A DNA stretch of 64,000 bases from Chlorokybus atmophyticus (Eukaryota > Plantae > Mesostigma and Chlorokybus algae). The stretch covers positions 3,703 to 67,702 of the forward strand of contig RHPI01002220.1 in assembly GCA_009103225.1 (NCBI GenBank), read 5' to 3'. A model generated the notes under the pieces. That model did no database searches. It saw only the letters and a program-made list of their open reading frames with translations, and was not told the DNA's origin. This document shows positions 48,491 to 61,447 of this stretch, in pieces. A program made the translations under genes and the position numbers. Each line of letters starts with the position of its first letter. Position 1 is the stretch's first letter.

Positions 48491-51400
48491 ATGGTGGCTA
48501 CCGTGGTGGCGGCGGTGGCGCCGGGGCAGGTTGTGCAGCACGCTGCGGCAGTGCGCAGGCGAGAACAGCAGCAGCAGCCTGCCGGTCGCTCCTCAGCACC
48601 TTTGCCTCGAGGCAGCTTTGCTGGCGAGGCGCTTGTAGTGAAGGGTGGCAATCGTGCTGCTGCCACCCTGCGCGCTGCTCGCTTGCATGCCGTCATGGCT
48701 GCCGCTGCTGACACACATAGCGCATCGAAGTCGGCCTCAACTTCCCAGCAAGGTGCGCTCGTGTATCAAGTCGCTACGTTGTTCCAGCATTGCAGCATTA
48801 GATTCATTGACACCGCAACCGCGCTGTCGAACCTGCAGTTGAACTTCAAGTTGACACTATGTGCTGTTACATCTAACGCGATGGCATGCGTAGTGTACTA
48901 CTTGTGGACATGCACCAACCAGAACTGGCTGCATGTGATTCTTGGCGGCACTTTGCGCAATCGACATGCACAGCTACTTCTATTGCAGTGCCTGTAGACC
49001 TGCATGCATTGTGATACAGGTCCGCATGCATTGCAATGGCAGCCACAACCTGGAACAACGCGTGTGTAGGCATGCTGTAAATTCCTAATGGCATGCGAGC
49101 TAAGTTCAGCAAGCTGCCAGCAGTTGGTAACACGCAGTGCCCTGCATGGCAGTTGCACATGCAGGACACTCAAACATAGCTGACGTGTTGACTTGGTGTA
49201 CTCAGTAGTGGCCGAAAAGCAAGCACTGTTAGCAGTCTACAACAAGTCAGAGCTGGCAGCATTGGCCAAGGGTCTGGCCGAGCTTGGGTAAGACAAGTGA
49301 GCTGGAAGCTAGCAGCCAGGTTGCTTCACTTAGCTCACAGCTTACTAATGCTTGATGCACAGATTTAACTGCATCTCGACTGGAGGCACAGCAGCGGCAC
49401 TGCAGACGGCTAATGTCCCAGTCAAGGAGGTGAAGGCTGTCACGGGCTTCCCTGAGATGGTGAGCATTGTTTGAAGTTACCTGATGCACATGATTGCGCG
49501 CATCACATGAGGATCACAATGTTGGTGATGCTTAAACCAGTAGCTCATGCCGTTAGCTCTGGGGCGCTGCGCTTGGTGATGCAGCTAGGAGGGCGAGTGA
49601 AGACGCTGCATCCTGCCGTGCATGGCGGCATCCTGGCACGACGAGATCAGGAGTCTCACATGACTGCACTGCAAGAACATGGGATTGGTACGGCACGCAT
49701 TGGGGCATACTGTGTCCTTACTTTGTTCTTACCGTGCATGTTGCGCTTGGGCATTGTTTTCTCGCGGGCGGAATATGGTAACAAGCATATGCAGGCCTGA
49801 TCGACATTGTGGTGGTCAACTTGTACCCATTCTTCGACACCGTGACGGCTGCTGCGGGCACATCATTCGAGCAAGGCATAGAACAGATAGATATAGGTGG
49901 CCCTGCGATGATCCGAGCGGCGGCCAAGGTGGGCTATACACATTGAACATCTGCATGTCCCTCTATGCAAGCAGCCAACTCACTCTTCTGCTTAGAATGG
50001 GCATCACGCTGTGAACTGTCTGTGTAGAAATCTTCAACTGCCGCGCATGGTGCATGCGTCTTTATGGCAGGGCGGTGTTGCACTTCTCGGCATGCCACAT
50101 AGCTGTTGTGTTGAAGCACATGATTGTTAAGTTGGCCGCTGTGATTGGCTAGCCCGATGATTTAAGCTGCAGCGGTGCGCTTGCAGAATCATAGGGACGT
50201 ATTGGTCGTGGTGGATCCTGCGGATTACCCCACTCTTCTGTCTAAGCTTAGAGATGGCACTATCGGTCCGGAAGACCCTTTCCGCAAGCGGCTTGCTTGG
50301 AAGGCCTTTCAACACGTCGCTGCTTACGATTCTGCTGTGTCTGAGTGGCTCTGGACGCAGTCAGCAGGTGTGTTGCAATCTGTGGATCTGCCAAGGACTT
50401 CACCACCAGTTCACGCCATCCAACACATGTATATTGCTGGCACCTCAGGTTCAGATGAGGCTCCTCCAGCTTTGACCGTTCCGATGCGGCTGCAATCGAC
50501 GCTGCGCTATGGTGAAAACCCGCATCAGTCAGCAGCGTTCTACACCGATGGCTCCTTGAGCGAGTTTGGACGAGGTGGAGTTGCAACTGCCGTGCAACAT
50601 CATGGCAAGGTTTGTGGCATTGTTTGTCCAGCGTTTCATGCATGCACTTGCCTGCGCAGTCTGCTTCTTCCTTCCAGCTGCATGGTTTTGCCTTTGGAAG
50701 TGAGCTGCATGCGCAGACGAGTCGCGCAGCAGTTGATGATTGATGCATGCTTGCAGGAGATGTCTTACAACAACTACCTCGACACAGATGCAGCATGGAA
50801 TGCTGTGTGTGAGTTCCCAGAGCCAACATGCGTGATTGTAAAGCACACCAATCCTTGTGGAGTTGCAACGCGAGGAGATGATCTGATAGAAGCATACCGG
50901 CTCGCTGTGCGCGCCGACCCAATCAGTGCATTTGGCGGCATCGTGGCATTCAATAGGCCAGTTGATGCGGTTAGTTTGACACGTATGCTCATGTCTGCAC
51001 TCTTGCAATAGGTGTTCAAATTGTGAACGTGCTTGCACAGGACCTTGCGCGTGACATCCGGGAGTTTAGAAGCCCCACGGACAATGAGACCAGGATGTTC
51101 TATGAGATAGTCGTCGCTCCCGGGTACACCGAGGAAGGGTTGACGGTGCTGAAAGGAAAGAGCAAGACCTTGCGCATACTGGAAGCACAGCCTCGAAAGC
51201 AAGGGGGCCGATCGCTGCGGCAGATTGGTGGCGGCTGGCTGCTGCAAGACTCTGATGACAAGCTGTCTGATGAGATAGAGTTCAAGGTGGGAACCCTACA
51301 ACAACTTGCCAGGCTTAAGCAAGGAACATAATGGTTCCTCATGGTGGCAAGCTGTTACAACTTGTGTGTGCGCATGCAGGTGGTGACCAAGAGCGTACCA

Positions 51401-51937
51401 ACTGACCAAGAGCTGGAAGATGTTAAGTTTGCATGGAGCTGTGTGAAACATGTCAAGAGCAATGCCATAACCGTTGCAAAGGTTGGCAACATTGTTCTGG
51501 ATATGCATTATGTGTGATGAGTAACTGTACCTTTGCTTACCTGCGCGGCTGTTTATAGGACGGGAGGCTCTTGGGCATGGGCAGTGGTCAACCCAATCGA
51601 GTGAAGAGCGTGCAGATTGCGTTGGAGAAGGCCAGCGACGAGAGCCAGGGTGCTGCCCTTGCCAGCGATGCCTTCTTCCCATTCGGTAGTTTACAACTGC
51701 TTGCAATGGCTTGGTTACCACTGCTGTGCTATCATTTTGCTGCAATGCTGGACCCTTTTGTTAACATACCACTGCTGTGTCATAGCGTGGAACGATGGAG
51801 TGGAAGCCGCATGCAAAGCAGGTGTGAAGGTCATTGCTCAGCCAGGTGGAAGCCTGCGTGACCAAGACGCCATAGACTGTTGCAACCAGTATGGCGTGTC
51901 GATGCTGTTCACAAGCATACGCCACTTCAGGCATTGA
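48491..51937 (+). CDS. purH: Bifunctional AICAR transformylase / IMP cyclohydrolase, plastid-transit-like N-terminus, multi-exon
   Basis: [14 protein letters not shown]|[41 protein letters not shown]|[74 protein letters not shown]. Confidence 0.98.
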
Positions 51938-53591
51938 GACGGGAGATTTAGTACATGCGCTTTGCGCTTTGAAGTCAATTGTTAGTCAATGAACACTGTT
52001 CTTGTGCGCACCACAGCACATCAGGAGGAGGCAACGGCCTCGGTTGCACAACCAACAAGGCCCAAGCCACATGCAATTGCAAATAAGATTGCACGTGTTG
52101 TATTCCAACACCTTGCAAGTGCATACAACGGCGTACTGCAGTTGCTTATGCCTCATGAGCAATGGTGAATGAGAAAAATGCCAAGGGTAATGCGCACACC
52201 CTACATCGCATTTTGGGTTCACATGAGTATCCCCATCCCTAGTGCATAAATACCTATGCATGTGCGCGTGGGCAAAGACTACACCACCACATGCATGGCA
52301 ATTCCACCTTGCATTGTTTGTACGGTCTACCCCCTTTAAGAGCATACTGTTTATACTCCGCTATCTTATGCTCTTGGCGGGGTAATTCTTTTTGCGTTTA
52401 AGAGCATGATATGCTCTTGAATGTCAAAAGCATAAATATGCTATAAATGCAGTTTTCATCACGCCCATTGCGTTCATTATATCACGCGCACCACGTCACG
52501 CCCGTTGCGTCGTCACGTTTATCACGCTGGTTGCGCGTCACACCTTGCCCATCACGCCCTTATCGTCATGTTCATCGCGCCTTATGCCACACCTGTCACG
52601 TCTCCTCCCATAATGTTAAGACTATGCACACTTACCTATGCACAACTTGAAGTTTGCAAAACTCTGATGAACAAGAAATATGCTTTCTAGGGTTAGTCAT
52701 ATTCTCTTAAGCATTAACATTTGCCTGTTAAGCCACTGGTAGTCCTATGCTATAAGCTGGGTTATTCTCTTCGAGCGAAGTCTCCTAGCGGGGGTAGACT
52801 GTACATGGTTAGCACCATAGTTGCACCATACGGCTTACAAGTTCATTGCATACGCGTATGTACGCGTATTATAGAAACTGTCGTGCATACTTATTGCGCG
52901 TATTATTAAGCCTTTTACTGTTCCACCGCCAGAAAAATGCCCCTGCCCCGTGTTTCAAGCCATTTAGCACCGCACGGAACCAGATTGTGGGGTTGCTCGT
53001 GGCGCGCGGTGCGCAATAGCCCTAAACGCGGAACAAGGGCATCTTCGCGGTGGGAAAGTGCAAAAAGGTGGATTACCATTAATGTAACAACATTATGTGC
53101 GCTTATTATTGCCGTATGCAAAGACGGCCTATAATGCAACCCCGTGCATACCCGTATACATTTATTTGCAATGCATACCCGTATGTTGTATGGTGCAACA
53201 TTGGTTAGCACTCATGGATAGCACATGTGCGGTGGTGACGGTGTTGGCATTGTTGGATCCCATATAATCGTTGTAAAGTTGCTTGCTTGCAACACCCCTA
53301 TCGTATAATATGTGTATCACGGTCTTTATCCCCCATCAAGTTTTGACTTTCATTGCAAAACAGTATCAAAAAAATAGCAGCAGTAGATGTGTTCATTTTT
53401 GCTTATTCAGGCAAAATTATATGCTTATAAAAGAAAGTTTGGTTATGCACAAAACTCATTAATAACTTTATTATGATTCTGCATTCATACACAACATATC
53501 ATGTGCGCTTGTGTTGCCAATGACATTTGTGTCTTGCAAGTTTGCATGAAATATACATCTTATTTGTAAACTATGGCATTTAACACTAGGA

Positions 53592-53636
53592 TTAGGGTTG
53601 GGGTTGGGGTTGGGGTTAGGGCAAGGGTTAAGGTTA
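53592..53636 (+). repeat. Degenerate telomere-like hexamer tract (TTAGGG/TTGGGG)
   Basis: TTAGGG TTGGGG TTGGGG TTGGGG TTAGGG CAAGGG TTAAGG TTA. Confidence 0.6.
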
Positions 53637-54622
53637 CGTTCGGGTATGCCTGAACCGTTATCTGAAGCGTACGCGCAACTTGCGATCAGAGTGGCTGAGT
53701 CCACTTTTAAATTGTTGCTTAAGATTATGAGCAATCGGTTGCAATTGTCAAAGAGCATAAGGGAACATGTTGGGTCCGCGAGGCATTTTGCTAATGGTAT
53801 ATGTGTAAGTCATTCGTCACACAGTGTGACCAATTAGTGCATCCCTCAAAAGAGCATCTTTATGTGTAAGGTTAAAGCCTTGTTTCGCAAACAGTCTAAA
53901 AAGGAAGTGAACGTTTGAACCATATAAGCGGCTTTTTGTAAGGAAGAGATGTTTTACAACATGTGCATAGGTTGGTACGCAGTGGTTGGTTCAGGTTGAG
54001 CTACTAGTTTACAACCCTCGTAGATAACCCCTAAAGCCAATCTTTTTGCAAATTGTGCTGCCAAGTGTAAGGTGTTTGAAGAGTGAGCTCAAATTCACTA
54101 GTGCCACTGTTTAGCATGTGCTTAAAGTTTGTGCTCAATTGCAAGAGCATGTGCACGTGCGTGCAACCAATTCATGTGATGTACCAATACAGTGCGCACA
54201 AGAAGAAAAGCTTGTGCAGCATCTTCTCCAACAATATTCAATAACGCCGATCCCACCCTTGATTGGAGCAAATTAAAGGTGCAATGCATTTAAAAATGCG
54301 TGATGCCACATTTGATATTGCAAGGCGTAGGGGGAGCTGACTGCCACAACGACCTTCATGTGTTAGAAGAAGACTGTCATCACCCCACCAAATTGGTACG
54401 CCACCTCTCTCACTGACATTAAATGTATGCACGCGGTGAGACGCGACATGGGCGAAATATTTGCCCCCAACGATTACGCGAGCCGACATGCCGCATGTCG
54501 GCAAATAGCGGCTATTTGCCGATAAGGTGTTTGTGAAGGTAGATTTTTGCCCGTTAAATGGCTTTTTTTTAATAAGTTCCCTGCCCTTTTGGGCCAAGGG
54601 GGCTTTTTTTTGGGGGGGGGGG

Positions 54623-54696
54623 NNNNNNNNNNNNNNNNNNNNNNNNNNNNNNNNNNNNNNNNNNNNNNNNNNNNNNNNNNNNNNNNNNNNNNNNNG
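54623..54696. other. Assembly gap (N run)
   Basis: N run flanked by poly-G. Confidence 1.
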
Positions 54697-55950
54697 GGGG
54701 GGGGGGGGGGGCTTATACGGTAGAGACACGTACAGTACAACCCACACTCAATTCTACAAAATCTTTTTCAATTCAACCTTTTGTTATGATGACCGCAAAA
54801 AGTCAATGCATTGATATGATAGTAATAAGGGTTATAATACCCTATTTGAACTCCAACCCAAGACATGTGATGATTATCTTTATGTTGTAATGTACGTGTC
54901 TCTATGGCATACGGATAAATACGATATACGACGGTGCGTGTGCATGCTTGTCATGCATCAAACACTTGTGATAGCATAAGAATATCCATGTATGCAGTCA
55001 GCATAAAAGCAAGCATGCACACACGTACAGCCAACCGCAATAGTAGCATACTATTTCGTAGATTATTGTAGTGCGGCATTACTAGTGCCTCGAAATCTTC
55101 ACAAAAGGAATAACTGTGATAAGACACTCTACAATGTTTACGGCTGATCTTATACATTATGACATTACAATAGAATGCATAGCTATGCGGGGTTTTACGA
55201 AGTATAAACTAACTTTTGAGCCGGCGCAGTACAAAACATTTGCAGCACTACGGTAAGCTCATTCCAACATGACCTCGTTGTATAAGACACGTTTGTTTCC
55301 TACCATTGTCTCTTACAAGAAGGGTCTCTTTCCTCAATATCAGAGACTATGCTTACATCAAGGTTTTGTAAAAAACTTCACGCACTTTGTATATAAAGTG
55401 TGATGCTATGTCATTTTTGTGACACGTATAATGTGTAAAATTCTTGTTTAGTTTTAAGCAAGCAAAGTTCTTATAGTGCATACTTGTCAATGCATTCTAT
55501 ACTGCATCTTCCGCGTAAGAGACAATCGATGATGATGTTGAGGTCTCCTCAGTAGTAGGCTACTGCGGGGTCTCTTAATCCTAAAATGGAAGAATTTTGA
55601 GTGGTAACGATATGTTCTCAATGAATTGTCTCCAATAAAGCGAAATCTCATAATCGGAGGTCTTTAACAAAGGTTGTACTCTACCCTTAACAACGAATGA
55701 CTACACATGTTGTACGTTTAACGGTGTTTATAGCATATTCAATGACGTGGGGGGTGGAGGAGGTTGAACCATAATGCTTAGTCTATTAATCATGCTTCAT
55801 ACATATAAGAGCATACTACGGTATTAACGCCAAGCGCATAAGATGGCGGAGGATAAATAATATGCTTAATGAACGTAGACTGCGGCACTGCTCATTGTGC
55901 CGCTATTGACCTAAGCCTACAAGTATTAAAAACGAAGCACTGTTGGATAT

Positions 55951-56022
55951 GCGCATCCGTGGTCTATGGGTATGATAGTAGCCTCCCACACTACTGATCT
56001 GAGTTCGAGTCCCGGACAGGTT
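55951..56022 (+). pseudogene. tRNA-Gly(CCC)-derived sequence (tRNA pseudogene or SINE head)
   Basis: GCGCATC 5' acceptor strand, A-box-like TGGTCTATGGGTATGAT, anticodon arm GTAGC-CTCCCAC-ACTAC, B-box GAGTTCGAGTCCC. The 3' acceptor strand (ACAGGTT) does not pair with GCGCATC and both stems have mismatches, so it is not a functional tRNA. Confidence 0.75.
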
Positions 56023-56999
56023 TGCCGCGACTTAGATTGGGGCCGCTGCGAGGTTCAACTTTAGAGTAATACTCTGTCAAAACCGTACGCAAAGCCGCGC
56101 TTTCTCTTAGCAGCTTGCGGGTGTAAAGTTACGTTATTAATGCTTTCAACCGACCCTAGCATTCACAAGGATGCCTTGTGCACGTGTGCAAGCATGTACA
56201 CAAACATGTATGCAAGCACGTACATACTTAGCCCTGCAGCACAGCTTGGGTCAACCCCATTGCGCGTACGCACGCGTCACACTCCAAATGTAAGGTTGGT
56301 ACTACTCAATGACCCAATTGGGCCACGCAGTATATGAAGGATTGAATTGTATACTATAGTAGTATTATAGGCTGAGAGGCCTTAACGAGTTTACGACGCG
56401 AAATGGCTTGAGGAGTTGGTTGAGCGCTCCTCGCCACACATGCCCTGCCAAAACAGCCCTATGGGTGGGTAATGACAATGTACAAATAATGCGCAACAAA
56501 GTGTGTACATGCGTCGCCAAATGTTTCCCCTGCCGGCCGACTAAATATTGGCAACGGCCGTGCACCTGATAATACTCATTTAGACTGTTGTGGCTCAGTC
56601 CACCTGTAATCTCAATACAGGGACCTAACGGCCGTTACCATAAGTCGACGGCCGTTTGCGTAAAGAGACTGACCCTAACTGATAGGTACCTGAAAGTTAC
56701 CTCTCAGTCACGATAAGGCGATTTTGCCTAATTATTAAGTTACCTAATTGACAAGTTACTTAACCGTAACCTAACAAGTATGTACCAGCGAGTATACGTT
56801 AATTGGGCGAAATTGTCAAGTACCTTAAGGTTCCTTTAATGTACCAGCCTTTACTGATGTGTACTTTTGCAGGTACATGTTGGTATCGCGCAGTCGTGAT
56901 TACGTGTCACACATGATTATCGTTGTAAGAATGTGCTTGAATATTTCAAAAAGGATTTTTAACTATTTTTTACACTGCGTTACTACTACTACTAATACT

Positions 57000-57290
57000 A
57001 CTACTACTACTAGTACTACTACCCTTGTAATTAGCTGCCGCTCCTACACCGCCCGCTCCAGCTCTGCCGCCGCTATTCCTCCTCCTCCGCCTGCGCTGGA
57101 AAGCACAAGGCGATCAAGGCCATCAAACACGCGTAGTGAACATACACAATATACACAACATACACACTCACGTGCTGCCGCTTGCCATGTACGGCCGCCG
57201 CTGCCGCCTAGCCTCGTTTGCCCTAGCCTGGCCTGGCCTGGCTTGGTCAAGCCTAGCCTAGCATGGCATGGCCGCCCTAAGATAAGAAGG
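57000..57290. repeat. Low-complexity block: (ACT)n, (CCT/GCC)n and (GCCTA/G)n
   Basis: Directly visible simple repeats. Confidence 0.8.
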
Positions 57291-58995
57291 GTGGTTAGGC
57301 TGCATGCGGTGTTGTGCGTAGTGCAACGTTAGACAGCAACCAAACTTATCTACTGTCCGCCGCCGCCATCACCGCCACCGCCGCCGCTGTACAACTATTC
57401 TTGAAGCCGTTGAGTATTTGAAATAAATGCTCAACGACTTCAATTATAATTTCAATTTCAATGTCTGTGGTACAATTGTACCATTAAAATGGTACGACGG
57501 CACCAGTATACTTTCTCGTGATGAGTACCATATTTGGTATTATAATGGAACCGTTGTACCATTGTTGTACTCGCCGCCATCGCTCGTCCCTCTTAGGTGA
57601 CTTGGTTGGGAGTGAGTGGTCACTTGCTTGCCAAATAACATTTGTCGCCGCGGCGGCTTGTGTATGGCCGGCGGCCGTCCGTGCAACAACTTTTACTCAC
57701 CAGTATCATTCGTCGCCATTGGGGGCCTGAACATTCAACTAACCGTCATAATAGGTAGGTCGCCGTTGCGTAAGCTGGATGACCAGCGGTCGGCCGTCAA
57801 CATATGTTGCTGTCACGTCATCATCGGTAGGCAACAGTCCATTTTACTGTAAGATAGGCGGTCGGCAATTTAATAATGTCCACAACATGCACCGGTTGTC
57901 CATTCAGTCCCTTTATGGCTCAATTCGTTAGGTTCGTTAGGGTCAGATAAGGTCAAGCACCCGACAGTCCCTCAGTCCTTGGTCGGTCACCGTGTAAAAT
58001 TTGCGACGTGTGCATGCATGCCTAATGAAGAGGGGTAGTAGGTGTAGAGTAGTACAGTAGATGTTACCCCAGTTCTAACAACGCTGAAGTGTGTGGTAAT
58101 GCTTTGGGAGTGTGCATGTTGCAGAGGGATGCATGTGCGCAACACATCAGATGTCATGTACACATGCGTGCACGTCATTGAGTTGCCTACTATGTGGCAT
58201 CACCATATGTGGAGGTATTTGAAGCTGAGGGGGGGGGGAAGGTGTGTGTGTGTTGCTTAGCTTCGTTGAGTAGCTAATAACTCAAAGTTACTCAAGCTAG
58301 AGATAGAAGGATGCGCCTACTTTAACTAGAACCAGCCGTTATCAGATAACACAACATGATTTGCTCTGGTAGGAGGTGCATAACTCCGTTCCAACTTGCG
58401 GCACTCCTGAAATAAAGTCTTGGAGTTGAGGATGCGTGACATCAAGCTGTCAGCCGCCTAGTGGGGCTTTTGGCACCATTTTGCCCTGCTTCCCCTGTCT
58501 CTTAACATGGAAGGTGACTACTATTATAGCGATGCAGTCCGAGGCAGTGTTTCCTCCACGTCGATCAGCGGACACATACGCATGAGGGGCAGCTGATGCA
58601 GAAGCTGAATTGCGTGAGCACTGTTATAGGCCTCCCCAAGTATTTGTAATAACTGATGCCATGGTTGTTGTGGTTGCTATGCATGCTGGCACACATAATT
58701 GCATTCTTTCCATAAATAAGTGTAACCCCACACCAAGTGACGGCTTGTCTCATAGATTGCAAGCACTTACCTACAATTCTCTCTGACACAACTCGATGAC
58801 CCCACAACCCACCACCCATCTCCTACGCATGAGTACACAGCTATCATTACAATTGTAATGCAACTGCTCCGCTCAACTCGTTTTCTTGGCAAGCTAAGTC
58901 CTTTAGACACAACAGGCTGAAGCGTAAGCCAATAAGGAGCTTTACACACACCCAACAACCTTCCAGCAGAGCGTATATATCGCCGCTGCATCACC

Positions 58996-61447
58996 TCACA
59001 CGTCAACGACATCGCCTCGAGGCAGAAAGAGGAAAGTGATTATGACGATGATGGCGTACACGCCACAGACGAGTGGAAGCCAGATGGCACTCGCGTCATC
59101 CTCATTAAGCACCTGAGATAAGATGTGTGCAACAGTGCTGTTAGGCGACGACACGTGCGCACACGCATGCACACGCACGAGTCCATCGACACACATGCAT
59201 ACACGCGCACATACGCACATACACCCACACACCTTGAAGAGCCAACCGAAGAAGACGCCCGATATCAGATACACGTAGTTGCGTCTAAACCTCACACCGA
59301 TCGCTTCAATAAGACTGATATGAAACCGCGGGCACACAAGCGAGGCGTGCAACTCCTCCCTCCAATTGGAAAAATTGGTACCTTTGCCCATGTGTGCATG
59401 TGCGTGTGTGTGTGTCCGTGTCCGTGTGCGTGTACATGTGCGTGCGCGTGTGCACGTGTGCGTGTGTGTGCGTGTGTGTGTGCGTGCGTGTATGTATACA
59501 TGCGTATATCTGTGCGTGTGTACGAGTGTATACGCGTGTGTATATGCGTGCGTGTGTACCTTTTTCTTTCTCCACATGTGTAGGTGCATGTGTGTGTGTG
59601 TCTCTCTCTTGTCTCAAAGCTCTCCCAAACAGGGCTTCCCCATACAGTCCCCCTTCCATCAATCTGCACCGTTCATGCGACACCAAGTAGTAGCGATATC
59701 TCCTCGCTTCCAAGAGACATATGAACAGCACGATGCTCGCGATCACGGCGAAGAACGCGCTCGATATCGATGAGTTGCTGACGGAAACGACCATCAGACC
59801 GCCAGTGAGAGTGATGGCCCAGTTGGTGGAAGTGTCGAGACGCTGCCTAAAGGGAGAGCGTGTGCGTGTGCGTGTGCGTGCGTGCGTGTGTTGGGGTAAG
59901 AGTGGGCGTCGTAATTGGTGATGGGTGGTAACGTTGTGTGTGAGTGATGAGAGTGGTGTACGCCAACCAACCTGTACACGCCGAGGCGGCCGACCTCTCC
60001 TGCAACACACACAACCAACGTGAGCTTGTGTTACTTGTTGTGCTTGTTGCACGACTACCGTTTGCACGCAGTTGTGTGATGTGCGTGTCAAACGCGTGAT
60101 TTGCTGATGCAGGCGTGTGTCTGCGCATGTGTGCAATGCAGAGATGACTGTGTATGTGCACTGTTGTTGCTGTATAGCGTGCATTTGCCTGTGTGCGTGT
60201 GCGTGTGCGTGTGCGTGTGCGTGTGCGTGTGCGTGTGCGTGTGCGTGTGCGTGTGCGTGTGCGTGTGCGCGTGCGTATGCACAATTTCACCGCACACACA
60301 TACACACTTACCTCTGTACAGATGCACCAGCGCAGTGATGAGGTCGCTCTGTTTAAACTGGATCTCCTCCAATTTTGGAAAGCTGCTGCCACCACTCTGT
60401 TGCTGCTGCTTATCTGGTTGTTGTTGTTGTTGTTGGCTTTGTGCGGGCGCCGGCTTTCCTTTTGAAGCAAGTCTTACTTTCAGAAACAACAGACACGATG
60501 ATACTAAATGTACCATACATGGTTTGCGTGATACTACAAGTATGTACCTTGAGTTGGTGGCTCTATCTGTATGCATGTCGTGGGCATCTCCAAAGACACC
60601 GCTTGGTGCTGATTGATGTCGTTGGTGTTGTGGCTGTATGATGTGTCGTCGGCCATCCTTTCGTAGCCCTGGTGTTAATAGAACGCACATGCAGTTTGTG
60701 CATTATCAGGGTAGTGTTGCTGACTGTGCTGTCATGCAGTAATGTTTATAGCGAAGCGCGTGTTAACACATACACACATGCATGTGCCTGTAGGCGACGC
60801 GCGCGCGCGCACACAGCACAACACATGTATACGGACACACACACAGCACAACAGACACAACACAACATGTATCCTTAGCCTTCATACACACATGTCGCAA
60901 CCTTATGTTAAAGGCACACGTGGCACATTGACAACCACGTTTGAAACCGATTGCAAGCAAACACAGCAACACAGCAATTGCGTTACTCAATCTGGAGATG
61001 TTTGCAAGCACACCACGTTGAGATGAGCGTTGATTGAAATGGCTCCCAAACGCAGACGGAAAGATCGAACAAACAAGCCTCCCAAGTGAAGATTGCTGTA
61101 CGTTTTGTGTACCCTCTGGCAATCTGATTCTGATAAGTGAGGGGATGCAAGTTGCTGCGTGCGCTGCAGGCTGTCATGCAAAAACTTTGCACTGTGGTCA
61201 GTTTCAAACTTGCAAACACACCGACCACCATACAAATGCCGAAGACTGACTGGCTGCTTCTGCATGCGCCTCAAGCGCTCGACCCAAGCCGCTGTGATAG
61301 GATGATTGTTCCACTTGATTGTTGCCATGATTCTCGTGGTTGTGGTTGTGCTTGTAGGTGTAGGCGTGGCTGTTGCTTATAGCCTACCTGCGCCGCAGCA
61401 GATGAGGACGCGAGTCGCTCCAGAGACAGCTGCCGCCTCACAGCCAT
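58996..61447 (-). CDS. DUF2270 family predicted integral membrane protein, multi-exon
   Basis: TALVHLYR|GEVGRLGVYR|QRLDTSTNWAIT..LLEARRYRYY..RCRLME..NWREELHASL..PRFHISLIEAIGVRFRRNYVYL..GWLFK. The start is either ATG 60656 or an upstream in-frame exon MAVRRQLSLERL (ATG 61447). Confidence 0.85.
60191..60268. repeat. (GTGTGC)n alternating purine-pyrimidine hexamer array in an intron
   Basis: About 13 perfect tandem hexamer units. Confidence 0.95.

Noticed and set aside
52800-53210. Short inverted match GTTGCACCATAC / GTATGGTGCAAC, considered as a MITE
   Set aside because: Only 12 bp, with no definable termini or TSD.
58230-58441. Poly-G purine tract followed by TG...CA and AATAAA, considered as a solo or 3' LTR
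   Set aside because: No second copy, TSD or adjacent pol fragment in the window, so it cannot be supported.
59040-60465. Many long ORFs rich in H/T/A/R or C/V/A repeats, here and in the PEPC and SMP-30 introns
   Set aside because: They are translations of intronic (CA/GT/GCGT)n microsatellites, not proteins.
60987-61328. Minus-strand ORF with faint resemblance to the pyruvate dehydrogenase kinase N-terminus (QKQPVSLRHL..SAKFLHDSL)
   Set aside because: It lacks the conserved ELPVRLA segment and any further PDK exons, and it lies inside the likely first intron of the DUF2270 gene. Probably coincidental.
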